A DNA stretch of 28,422 nucleotides, taken from Octopus sinensis (lineage: Eukaryota). The stretch covers positions 1 through 28,422 of the forward strand of contig NW_021827493.1 of assembly GCF_006345805.1 (NCBI RefSeq). Direction: 5' to 3'. The position numbers and the translations under genes are program-made. Each line of letters begins with the position of its first letter. Within the stretch, counting starts at the first letter, position 1. Below, one piece after another: positions 11,474 through 22,776 of this stretch. Under the pieces are notes generated by a model. That model ran no database searches. It was not told the origin of the DNA and saw only the letters and a list, made by a program, of their open reading frames with translations.

Positions 11474-11708
11474 TATTTCTTTGCTACCCACAAGGGGCTA
11501 AACACAGAGAGGACAAACAAGGACAGGCAAACAGATTAAGTCGATTATATCGACCCCAGTGCGTAACTGGTACTTATTTAATCGACCCCGAAAGGATGAA
11601 AGGCAAAGTCGACCTCGGCGGAATTTGAACTCAGAACGTAGCGGCAGATGAAATACCGCTAAGCATTTCGCCCGGCGTGCTAACGATTCTGCCAGCTCGC
11701 TGCCTTAT
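11474..11708 (-). mobile_element. Full-length SINE with 16-bp TSD (1 mismatch)
   Basis: CCACTTGCTCATTACC 11458-11473 vs CCACTTGCCCATTACC 11709-11724; head GGCAGCGAGCTGGCAGAATCGTTAGCACGCC, B box GAGTTCAAATTCC. Confidence 0.92.
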
Positions 11709-13627
11709 CCACTTGCCCATTACCACGAAGCAAAATAAATTTAGGACTTGCTTGTGAGTTATGTAAAGTCCTTTCCTTTAGCTACAGTTTTCATCACAAT
11801 TGGAGCGTTTAGTATTCATCTTTGCAACGTAGTTAGGTTGTAGTACAGAATCTTAAAATTCATCAGTTGCAGGCTTTGAAATCATTACCGTTCAATTTGA
11901 AGCAGCTTCTGCCGCCTTTCTTTGCTGTTCAGTGCGTTGAGCCCTAGCAATAAATCTACAGCAACTGTCTGTTTCGTATCTTTGTGATTTTTTTTTATCT
12001 GTAGTTTCCTGTGTCCTAACATCTGACCTCGTATCTGCTTTGAAGAATTTTCCACCGAATTTGTAATCTACGGTGTGTACGGTCCGCTTCGATGCAAGAC
12101 ATCCCTTTGCACTGGTTGACCTTGTTCATTTTTCTGACAATAACAGAATATTTTTAATTCCACACCTAAACTAAAACTGAAATAACTTCCTTTTCGAAGT
12201 GCTTAAATATTAAATATAGGAACAGAAGCGCTGAAATGGAATCCTTGGCAACCAAAATGAAGTAATTAAATTGCAGTGCCGTGATGTTTGCAGTGATACA
12301 AAGTGGAGTACGGAAAAGTAAGTGATTGACGTGAAGTATTTGAAAGGATGTATTGGCAAGGATTTACCTAAATACTGTGTGAAATAAACTACACGAAATA
12401 TATATTATATTAAAGGTATATTATAGAAAATCTTAGAACAATAATCCGCACTGGAGGTTGAGAGTTTGGGAAATTGAAGGAGTGAAACGATATGCTAAGA
12501 ATCTGATATTAAAGGGAAAATAACCGAAACTATAGAGAAGGTTTCTTTATTTGACGGGAAAGTATGAAGAGTATAATTCTTAAAACAAATTTGCAGATGG
12601 CAAGTTCATACATGGGAAAATGAAGAAAGTAAACGATAATAAATTGATATTAAATGCAATGTATTGGTAAGGCATAATCAATTTGGAGGAAACGCTAAAT
12701 TTTAGATGGTATCTATGAAATTTATTGATTATGTAAAGAGAGTTTAATAAAATGTTCACTCTAAGAGTGTGTGAAAGTAAAAGATGGAGAAACTATAATA
12801 ATTGGGAATTATATTGAAGAAGAATTGTGCGGAACGTGAAAATATTAAAATCTGTAGAAATCGGTGAATGTAAAACTTGAAACTATACAGGGTGACTCAT
12901 TATATTACGATTTATTAAGAACGATACATTGTGAACGACATCCAATGAATGTGTAAAATTGAAATGATAACAAAAAGGTTATAAGGTAAAATATTAATAA
13001 GCCGAAAGTACAAAAATGGAAAGAAAAAATTGTTAAAGTGAAACCTCAACGAAATAGCGAAGTAAAATGGTATTGTTAATATGAAAGTTTAAGAAATCTG
13101 TTATAGTTTGGAATATGTCTACGTTATTAAGTAATAAAGAGTAGCGATAGCTAAGTGAGATAAAGGAAATATATATTGGAAAATGTTTAGAATTTACTGC
13201 AATTTCGTTTGCAGTGGAAAATAGCGATATTTATTCAGTTCTGTAATTACGTTATACACCGAGGTTATCGACCGAAGTATCGAAAGGAATAGGATATTTT
13301 TTCATTTTCTTTCAATCACTTGAAGATTTTTCAATTTTCAATGGAATGTTTTCAAATTTTCTACACTGGTGTAGTTTTGCATGCTGATGACGAAAATCGC
13401 AAGCATTTTTTCGAAAAGAAGTTAGAAGCAATTAAACTTATGTGATTTTTGCCAGTGAAATATGTCCATTCTCACAAGCGGAAGTTGAAACTGTTCGTTT
13501 TCATGGCAGCTCTAAGTGTATCGTTGCTTATCCACGGAGCCGTGTAGAAGATTTTGAAAATGAAAACATAAAGAGAACTGTAAAAATTGAATGAAAGACG
13601 AACTTTTGAAACTGAAAACATTAATTA

Positions 13628-14040
13628 ATTGTCTGTCCTTATTTGTCCCCTCTATGTTTAGCCCCTTGTGGGCAATAAAGAAATAAGAAGCTTGCTTCCC
13701 AAACATATGGTTCCGGGTCCAATCTCAATGCGTGGCACCTTGAGCAAGTGTCTTTTACTATAGCCTTCAGGCCTACCAAAGCCTTGTGACTGCATTTTAT
13801 AGACGAAAACAATAAAGAAGCCGATGATATATATATGTATGTGCTGTGCTTGTCCTCCCCACCGCTTGACAACCGGTGTTGTTTTGTTCCCGGCCCGCGG
13901 TTTGGCAAAAGAGGCCGACTAAATAAGTACCAAGCTTTAAAAGACAAGTACTGCAGTCGATTCATTCACCTAAAAATTCTCCAAGGCGGTGACCCAGCAT
14001 GGTCGCAGTCTCATGACTGAAACAAGAAAAATATAAATAA
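13628..14040 (+). mobile_element. SINE tail (13628-13686) fused to a second SINE (13687-14040)
   Basis: TTTAGCCCCTTGTGGGCAATAAAGAAAT runs directly into AAGAAGCTTGCTTCCC...AAGGCGGTGACCCAGCATGGTCGCAGTC..GACTGAAACAAG. Confidence 0.8.
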
Positions 14041-14744
14041 TTTTTTTTCAATTTTCATTTATTTACTAACTTTTTTAATCCTACTTTTCCAAACGATGTG
14101 CGGCAGTAATTTTTTTTAACTGCCCATGTGAAATACGACAGTATCATTTTATCTTTATTTGATCTCCGGTGCACAACGAAATCAAGTAGATCGAGAAGCA
14201 CTCCGCTGATATACAGTGTGGTGAGGAAATTGGTGATGTATGTAAACAGACGAAATATCAAAGACACAATTATGTTCAATTACCTTTGTAAAAGACTTCA
14301 CGCTGAGTGTATTCACCAAAATTAAAGCATAAAAACAAAATAGACTTTAAAATTAACTTACTGAAAAGTGTTGTTATAGTAATTATAGGAAAAAAATAAT
14401 AACTCGCAATTATAGCGAAAATATTTCTTTTGTGTAAAGCAGTAAGTAGAGAGCGCAATTAAAGTGGTTGGAAATTTAGATTTAGTGTAATAATGTGATA
14501 TACAAATAAGAACATCTTAAAGGAAGAAACATTTCAAGATAAATGGCGGTGCCTCAGCATGGCCACAGCTTGTGAGCTGAAACTAGATAAAAAAAATCTT
14601 TTTTAATAAATAAATAAAATCAGACTACATATAAGAAGTAAATATTTAAATAGTTTATCTCTTTTCCGCTTGTCATCGTATTTCTAGCAGCCTATTAGTA
14701 AGATACTTTAGGTACAAGTTCTATTATATTTATATTTATATAGA

Positions 14745-15085
14745 CGTAACTGTGTGGTATGAAGCTTGCTCACCAACCACATAGTTCCGTGTTCATTTCC
14801 GCTGCAGGTCACCTTGGATAAGTGTCTTCTACTCTAGCCGGCCAAAACCGTGTGACTGGATTTGGTAGACGGAAACTGAAAACTCGCTCATTATATGTGT
14901 GTGTATGTTGGTTCCTGTAACTTAGCGGTTCGGCAAAAGGGACCGGTAGAATGTGTACCAAAAAAAGGAGAGGGTCGATTTATTAACAAAAAAAAATTAC
15001 TGACGTTGATTCATTCGACTAAAACTTCTTCATGGCAGTGTCCCTGCATGACCGCAGTCTAATGACTGAAACAAGTAAACGGTAT
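14745..15085 (+). mobile_element. SINE, near full length
   Basis: GTGTGGTATGAAGCTTGCTCACCAACCAC...GGTAGACGGAAACTG...CATGACCGCAGTCTAATGACTGAAACAAGTAAA. Confidence 0.85.
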
Positions 15086-15118
15086 ATGACATATAGCATG
15101 ATTTGTAACTAGAATATA

Positions 15119-15684
15119 TTGGGTTGTCCGGAAAGTTCGTGCCGATTTTTAAAGGAAAGAAAAAGGTCAATAAATACTTGCCATTACATTTTTAATCAAC
15201 CAAATATGAAACATTTTGTTGCACAATGCCTCTCCATCTCTCCTTTAACTTGAAAATACCCTCTTCCCAGAATTGAGGTGGTGTCATGGCAAAGAATTCA
15301 TCAAGGTATCTTTTGACGTCATCCAAGGAATTGAAATTTTTACCATTAAGACTATTCTGCAGAGACCTGAATAAGTGGAAATCCAAAGGAGCAATATCTG
15401 GTGAATATGGAGGGTGGGGTAACACATCCCAGCCAAGCTGCAGCAATTTTTGTCTGGTTCCCAAAGCACCAAGTGCCAAAAATGAACTTTCTTATCTTTC
15501 ATTTTAAAGGGTTACAGAATTAACACAGTTTATAGGAACATAAACCTTCTTCCACGAAAAGATAGCTTAAACTGTGTTCTAAATGGAGGTGTAGTCAAAT
15601 CCTATTTTATGGACTCAACCACGTTCTAAAATAAGTCGAAAGGTAAGCTACAATAAATCGACACGAACTTTCCGGACAACCTAA
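15119..15684 (-). mobile_element. Internally deleted mariner transposon (566 bp)
   Basis: 30-bp TIRs at 15119-15148 and 15655-15684 (28/30 match) flanked by TA; transposase N-terminus MKDKKVHFWHLVLWE (from 15502) joined out of frame near 15458 to C-terminus TRQKLLQLGWDVLPHPPYSPDIAPLDFHLF...EGIFKLKERW (mariner YSPDLAP motif). Confidence 0.95.
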
Positions 15685-15686
15685 TA

Positions 15687-15827
15687 TAAGGTTGTCCCAA
15701 AAGTTCGTAGAAAGTCTTGGAAAATAATGGTCTTTATTTTGAGGAATAAATTTTGTTGTTTTTGTTAGTACTTGGCGAGTAAAAATTCAATTTTCGCAAG
15801 TGTTTACGAACTTTTGGGACAACCTAA
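15687..15827. mobile_element. 141-bp Tc1/mariner MITE
   Basis: 23-bp TIRs TAAGGTTGTCCCAAAAGTTCGTA / TACGAACTTTTGGGACAACCTAA (22/23 match); TA at 15685-86 and 15828-29. Confidence 0.9.
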
Positions 15828-15904
15828 TATAATATATTGTAACACATCTAGTATATGAGTATAGTATAATTTCTAATAGAAGAAACAATGTACACAACTG
15901 AGTG

Positions 15905-16190
15905 GGGGTGGATTATCCTATTAAATCGACCCCAGTACTTGACTGGTACTTTGATCTTACCCGGAAAGTTGAAAGATAAAGGTAACCGAAACTTTATCTA
16001 AACATAGATAATTTTGCAAGTTGCTTTCCTAAAAGGATCATTTCTGACCAGAAACGTAACGGATTGGAAAACAAACGATGGAAACCGCCTCAGTACTTGA
16101 ATGGCATTATATATTATCGACCCCGAGAGGATGACAGGCAAAATTGACCTCTGCGGGATTTGAACTCAGGACGTAAAAAGCCGTATTTAA
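15905..16190 (-). mobile_element. Two degenerate SINE fragments
   Basis: ATCGACCCCAGTACTTGACTGGTAC and ATCGACCCCGAGAGGATGACAGGCAAAATTGACCTC...GGATTTGAACTCAG resemble the 11474-11708 SINE. Confidence 0.65.
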
Positions 16191-16726
16191 TCAGCTCAAG
16201 TCATTTTGTCCTGCCTTCTAATGAGTTTGCCAATATGCAATCCTTTGAAAAGTGGACAGATTTCCCTGCGGAAATTAAAGCACGTTGCATGTTGCAAACA
16301 GGATGGTTATGATACTACTACTACTACACTAAAGAGATCTAGAAACTGGCTTATCTATCTTGTATGTGATAAATTGTATAATTTGTATCTACCATATCAA
16401 ATATATAAACAATAGTATATATATCATATAACATATAGTATAGCATATATAGGCTGTGTGGTTGAGAAAATCGCGTAGCAACTACATGGCCCGAAAACGC
16501 TTACAAGGTGTGCCACTTTTCCATTCATTTATTTATTTATCTTACCCCGTATAACGGTCTCAATAACTGGTCTTTTGTTTTTAATTTTCAACTGACCAGT
16601 TGTATCGAACGCCGGACCTTGGTCTATCTCAATTCGGACAACAGGTGGAAGGGCTTAATCGCCTACTACTAAGTGAAAAAATTACATTTAATCAATTAGC
16701 ACTTTATTATTTTAACAAGTTGTATC

Positions 16727-16795
16727 TATTTATCACCCGATGAGACACATCTACACCGCCGGATGCCCCTGGCGAAACAATTGTCGTGATTAATA
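16727..16795 (+). ncRNA. Degenerate type I hammerhead motif (core CCGAUGA)
   Basis: Stem I TATTTATCAC/GTGATTAATA (9 of 10 bp); CCGATGA 16737-43; weak stem II; GAAA 16774-77; perfect palindrome CAATTG; GUC 16783-85; AATAAA 16792-97. Confidence 0.6.
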
Positions 16796-16952
16796 AAATT
16801 CTCTTATATTCCATCTTCCGGCTTTCATTTACCATATATATACATATATAGCAATACAGAACGGTGCTACAATGATATATCAATATATTAAGATATATTA
16901 AACATATTATAAGTGGCTCGCTAGCAATTAAAAACCCAAAAGGAATTAATAA

Positions 16953-17138
16953 ATAAAGGGTGCAAAATTGCACCAGCGATTGCTGAAAATAAGAGTCAAA
17001 ATTAACTCTAAACGCCACAAAAAACACTAACCTCATTATATTTACATAAATATAATGAGGTGAGTGTTTTTGTGGTTTTTAGAGTTAATCTTTAACTCTT
17101 ATTTTTAGCAATCGCTGGTGCTATTTTGCATCCTTTAT
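16953..17138. repeat. 186-bp imperfect palindrome (fold-back element)
   Basis: 92-bp arms at 16953-17044 and 17047-17138 around a 2-nt CA centre; arms differ at about ten positions by eye. Confidence 0.92.
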
Positions 17139-17189
17139 CTATCTATATATATAGAGAGTGACGCATACACACACACACACAAACATACA

Positions 17190-17224
<35 letters not shown>

Positions 17225-17256
17225 GTGTGTGTTTGTGTGTGTGTGTGTGTGAGTGA

Positions 17257-17351
<95 letters not shown>

Positions 17352-17433
17352 AAGTGCATTGTGACCAGCGATGTGTAGCAACATCTGATAGCCTGGTCGG
17401 TAACGTGACGTGATATATATATATATATATATA

Positions 17434-17624
17434 TAAGTAATACTAAGCAATAAAGGGTTTAGCAACGAATTGCCTTACCACATACCGAATTTAGAAATAG
17501 CAGTCAAAGAGTTATAGCTATTTCTTCTACTAAAAAGGGAGATCTCAGTAAAAACAGTAATTTCTAAATTCGGTATGTGGTAAGGCAATTCGTTGCTAAA
17601 CCCTTTATTGCTTAGTATTACTTA
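17434..17624. mobile_element. MITE-like element with perfect 65-bp terminal inverted repeats
   Basis: 17434-17498 is the exact reverse complement of 17560-17624; 61-bp spacer; left end abuts (TA)n. Confidence 0.8.
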
Positions 17625-17713
17625 AATTTTCCTCGAATGAGGCTTTTACATGCCGAAGACTACTTGGTGTAATGATAATTATTCCAAATTAATTAATTTC
17701 ACCCTTCATTATT

Positions 17714-17780
<67 letters not shown>

Positions 17781-18269
17781 ATAACTATGGCAGGAGCATA
17801 TTTGAGCGAGAGATATGAATGGTCAGAAATTCTAATTTTGAGCTAAAAACAAAAAAAAAAAAGAAGAATCCCCAACAGGGACCAGTAATATATCAAGGGT
17901 GATTCTACATATATTTGACAACAAATCCAATCTCAAAAACCGAAATACACAAACAGAAAATGATAGCCATCTTGAGTGTATTCAAAATAGATGGTTCCGT
18001 ATGATATACACAAAGAATGGAATGGCGAAAAGTTTCGGTGGAAACAATATGGAGCAAGTAGGTATTAAATAGAGATTAAACAATGCCATTATCGATTTGA
18101 CACTGTATTCTTTATCACAGTCGGATATGGTTATTGGATTTCCAAAGATCGATCGCTTTCGGAAATTGCATTCATATTAAACACCTGCAATCACTCGAAA
18201 CTGAGTTTCTCGATTGTATGATTGTATGAACATCGAACTGGCATGAATCAGAGGCACGTCTGTGTACTG

Positions 18270-18957
18270 TCTGTCTGTGCATATGTGTCTGTATGTGTGT
18301 GAAGGTATATGTGTATATGTATTGTGCATATGTATGTATGTATATATTTATATATATGTGTGTGTGTGTATATATATATATGTTAAATTTATGCATATAT
18401 GTTATATATATACGCATATATGTATGTGTTTAGGTATACATATTTAACATATATGTAAATGTATGTATATATAAAAAATTGTATACGTATATGCATATAT
18501 ATATACATATATATATATATGTATGTATGCATGTATATATATATATATATATATACATACATACATATACATACATATATATGTGTGTGTGTGTATGTGT
18601 GTATGTATGTTTTAAATATAAGTGCAGGTGTGTATGTGTGTATACAAATATATACACTCTTACATATATAAACATCTATTTAGACACAAACATATACACA
18701 CACATACACACACACACGTACACACACACACGTACACACGCAACGTGACACTGTATCCATAGCTTGGATGACGGACAGGTGGAGAAAAGGCGGGAGACGA
18801 TAGAAGCTTCGCGATTAGTGATAACGAGTGGAATTAATGAAGAAGATAAAAGGGAAGAGAATACCGCTGATGATTGTGATTATGCTTGTGATCATGAAGG
18901 CGGTGATGAAGATTACACACACGACGATAATTATCTTAACATTGTTGATTATTACTA

Positions 18958-19015
<58 letters not shown>

Positions 19016-19037
19016 TATTATTATTATTATTATTATC

Positions 19038-19096
<59 letters not shown>

Positions 19097-19150
19097 TATT
19101 ATTATCATCATCATCATCATCATCATCATCATTGTTATTATTATTTTTAT
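18270..19150. repeat. (TA/TG/CA)n microsatellites, degenerate GAT-rich tract, (ATT)n/(CAT)n
   Basis: Read directly. Confidence 0.9.
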
Positions 19151-19565
19151 TTTTATTCTTAACATCAACATCCTCGTCATCGTCACGATAATATCGATTA
19201 TGTTTTAGATTGTCAAACGATATTGTTGCTGCTTCTGCTGCGACTGATATTGTTGTTGTTGCTACTACTAATGCTATTAACGACGATGGCGCGGAGAAAG
19301 AGGAGAAAGAAGAGGACTACGACATCTAATCATCAAAGAGTTAGGCGGTATTTGTTTACTTTTTGGTCCTGCCAGTTCCGAGATCGAATCACTGTTAAAA
19401 TCTTGAGAGCGCAGCTATTTCTTCAAATTTTGCTACATTCAAATTTGTTTTCTATCCCACCCCACCCCGGTCAGTAAAACAATGTAGCAGTCAGGCACCG
19501 ACGTCGATATAATCAACTATTTGCCCTGCCACACCCGAATTTCACACCATATAGCTAATTTAGAA

Positions 19566-19600
<35 letters not shown>

Positions 19601-19601
<1 letters not shown>

Positions 19602-20156
19602 GAGTGAGAGAGCAGTGCATGTCATCAAAGTGACATTGGGGTAAAATATACGAAGCCCAATATACCCATCATGACTACCCGTCTGATAAGGGTACACCAG
19701 GCATATGCATCACAACCAAATGTGCGCGACATGGTGATGTCATATCAAGATAAACAGCACATGACCTTGCAGGTGGGGCCCAGTTAGAATTTTCTTCAGG
19801 TTGAGTAGCCCATCCCGCTCAAAAGGTCCTTGAATAAGGGTTGTTTAAGGATATTGAAAGAACCACCCATGTTTCCATAGGTGAATTATTCAAACCCCAA
19901 AGAATCCCTCTCAACACATGGCTATGATGTTCCTCCACTACTTCTGCTCGTGATCAGAGATGCACATATCGTCAGCCACTAAGGGACATGCTCAACTGGT
20001 TAAGGTCAAACAACTGACAAGCAAATCTGTGGTATTATGCAGAATATTTGCTGTAGCCCATCTTTTATACCAAGACAAAACAATGTACATGATAGCACTT
20101 CCAATCAGTTAAGATCAGAAACCACGAGAGCCACTGCCTGGTACTGCATCAGGGTA
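19601..20156 (-). mobile_element. 5'-truncated non-coding retroelement 3' end with (AAT)n tail
   Basis: Minus strand ends ...GCACTGCTCTCTCACTCA(AAT)n; no ORF; its terminal 165 bp recur at 20237-20402. Confidence 0.7.
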
Positions 20157-20189
20157 TTTATTATTATAATTATAATTATTATTATTATT

Positions 20190-20236
<47 letters not shown>

Positions 20237-20237
<1 letters not shown>

Positions 20238-20402
20238 GAGTGAGAGAGCAGTGCATGCCATCAAAGTGACCCTGGGGTAGAAATATACGAAGCCCAGTAT
20301 ACCCATCATGACTACCCGTCTGATAAGGCTACACCAGGCACATGCATCACAACCATATGTGCGCGACATGGTGATCTCATATCAAGATAAACAGCACATG
20401 AC
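20237..20402 (-). mobile_element. Second, shorter copy of the same 3' end
   Basis: Aligns to 19601-19765 with scattered substitutions; tail is (AAC)n(AAT)n. Confidence 0.75.
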
Positions 20403-20699
20403 ATTATTATTATTATTGTTATTATGCAATGGGACTGAACCTGGAACCATGTGGTAGGGTAGGAAGCTTCTTACAACATAACCACACCTGCCCTTAGTTG
20501 TTTTTATTGGAACATGTTTCGTTAAGAAAAAGGACCCTTACTTCACTGAGTAAAGAGGAGGAACAGTAAGTGTGAGACTTAAGGGACCCCTTTCTCATAA
20601 CAAAAATTTCACCGTATTATAAATTTTAATTATGGCGATACCAAAACACATGTACACTGTACATAATGGGCGGAGGGGGGATTCCTCTGACTACGACAC

Positions 20700-21130
20700 T
20701 GAATAGGGGCGATTCCTCTTACCTCAACTCAAACACCACCATTTTGACTACCAACGGTTGCAGTGACGGAAAAGCAGACGAATATGAGAACGACAACATT
20801 GGCACTAACAACATGTCAAACAAAAACAGTAGTAGAGACAATAAGAACAACAGTAGTAGAAGTAGCAGCAGCAGCAGCAGCAGCAGCAGCACCAGTAGGA
20901 ACAATGACAGTCAAACAAAGAAATTCGCAGAGATGAGTCCATGGCCACAAGCGCCGCCACTATAATAACAGACTGTTACAGCAGAAGCAAAACCTACCAA
21001 AAAATAGACAATACAGGCAATAAAGACGACGGAAGTAGCAGCAGGAGCAGCAGCAGCAGCAGCAACAGTGTCTACAGTAAAATCAACAACAACGATAAGA
21101 ACAGCAAAAGCAATGACATCGGCTGAGCAT
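20700..21130. repeat. Degenerate (CAG)n/(AAC)n/(AGT)n low-complexity tract
   Basis: Read directly; gives Ser/Asn-rich pseudo-ORFs. Confidence 0.8.
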
Positions 21131-21159
21131 GAACCATTATTATTAATAATGCCATTACA

Positions 21160-21790
21160 ATCCGACGTCCTCCAAGCAATTCGGGTGTTGTGCAAAGTGC
21201 ACCAATCATCATACGAATAATTGTCATCTTAGTCTTTCATATATTCTTAATCTCTCTGGCTAAGTCTGATATTGGTCGCCAGTCTATTATCATATGATGT
21301 TGCAAAGTCTATGATCTAATGCTAACTGGTTTTTGCTGTTTTTCTTTCGCCTTCTATAAGCAAATCTGGTCTTCTTGCTTCGATATTATTGTCAGACTAT
21401 TATAGACAAATTTCATATAATCCTGTAATTTTTATTCTCTATCGCAATCTCTGGCTCGTGTTCATATTATTTTATTATTTCGGAGCCACACACTTGGCAA
21501 AAATTCCAGTGCACTATTTATCGACATTTATGCCTGCGCTTACACTCTTTTTGCTCTACCTTACTGCATGCACGTAAGAGATCGTTAATACTTCCTCTTC
21601 CAAGCAGATTCTACATTTGCTCGCTGACTCAGTTTCATTAACCTATGCCTTTATGAAGCTTATCCAAATGGCTTGTTGTTGAGCGGCAATAATTAACGAT
21701 TCGGTTTCTCGCTTCAGTTTTCTGGCCATCACTTATATCCATCATTCGTTATTTCTAACATCTTCGATTTGTTGCATGAGCTGCAGATGT
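21160..21790 (-). mobile_element. R4/Dong-like LINE C-terminal fragment (zinc knuckle and RLE), heavily decayed
   Basis: KLKRETESLIIAAQQQAI, ESASKCRIC, DNNIEARRPDL and IIDFA in colinear order. Confidence 0.8.
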
Positions 21791-22460
21791 GTGTCAAGAA
21801 GAGACCCAGAAAGGGTGAGTGGCATCTGGAATGTTGCTAGACACTCACTGCCCTCTACCAGGCGGGAAAATCGGTTAGTGGAACAGCCACTCTTGAATTC
21901 TACAGAGGGTTAGTCGTGGGAAAGTACGATGACGCACTCGGAGAGGCGCTGGGCGTCGACATAGTCAAACTAACCAGTCTGTTCCGGAGTGCTTTCGAGC
22001 TTGGCACGATGGATAACTTCCAGAAATCCCTCACTTGGCAGTGCTACCCGGTGGGGCGGGGCACTGCTGGTTTGAGATAAACTACAGGAACGGAAGTGCT
22101 GTCAGACGTACCTGCCCGAGACGGGCGCAGAGCGACGAAACCGTTCTGCACGCATTCGTCCAGTGTCCATTTATTACTGACTTGTGGAGTTATGCCGAAC
22201 AATTGTTGTGTGTAGGACGGATCCGGATTGACTCGCCACCTTCCTTTGGCTAGGAAGAGTAAGCAATTTCCCTCTGTCTGGTAGCCGCAGCGAAAGACGT
22301 TGTTTTCAACCAGGTTGAAAGAACTGAAAACAGACACTTTCCTCTTCGGCCAATCCCTCAACATTTTCAAATTTCACTTGGAAAGGAAGATGAGGGTGGA
22401 GAGAGGAGTGATGCCCCCTCAGTACATTTGCTGAAAGGTAGGTGAATGTAGCGAAAATGG
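21790..22460 (+). mobile_element. L1/Tx1-like LINE ORF2 C-terminal fragment with CCHC (zf-RVT-like) region
   Basis: TMDNFQKSLTWQCY, then TCPRRAQSDETVLHAFVQCPFITDLWSYAEQLL (second Cys substituted). Confidence 0.75.
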
Positions 22461-22516
22461 CCCACGATCAACGTCTGCTTTTGGGTGGTGCATGTTCTTT
22501 AGATGTTAATAATTAT

Positions 22517-22517
<1 letters not shown>

Positions 22518-22584
<67 letters not shown>

Positions 22585-22601
22585 CAGATAGATAGATAGA
22601 C

Positions 22602-22672
<71 letters not shown>

Positions 22673-22693
22673 CAGGCAGATAGATAGATAGAC

Positions 22694-22776
<83 letters not shown>

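Larger units (their letters stand above)
8851..12150 (-). pseudogene. Decayed protein-coding region of unidentified family, probably multi-exon, interrupted by two SINEs
   Basis: Long protein-like frames broken by stops and frameshifts (e.g. EARYHPESRGLGHDSKIMLILENCTEHPDTERHLKKCFRFAL; DNVEGLKNMDEIRDRKMAKKLVMEMRKRQQKEANAVDR; SKDDTGLEKTDSTCLEKVYLALAIPFNKVHGATRKSEKALDIIEAGAII; ORF 8851-9246). Candidate acceptor TTTATTTCAG at 10999 and donor GTAAGT at 9800-9795. Frames rejoin when the SINEs are removed. Confidence 0.55.

Noticed and set aside
14055-14325. Overlapping 65-74 aa ORFs as a possible host exon
   Set aside because: No recognisable motif and no convincing pair of splice sites.
20666-21195. 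Ser/Asn-rich ORFs on both strands
   Set aside because: Derived from degenerate CAG/AAC/AGT triplet repeats; no domain or splice support.
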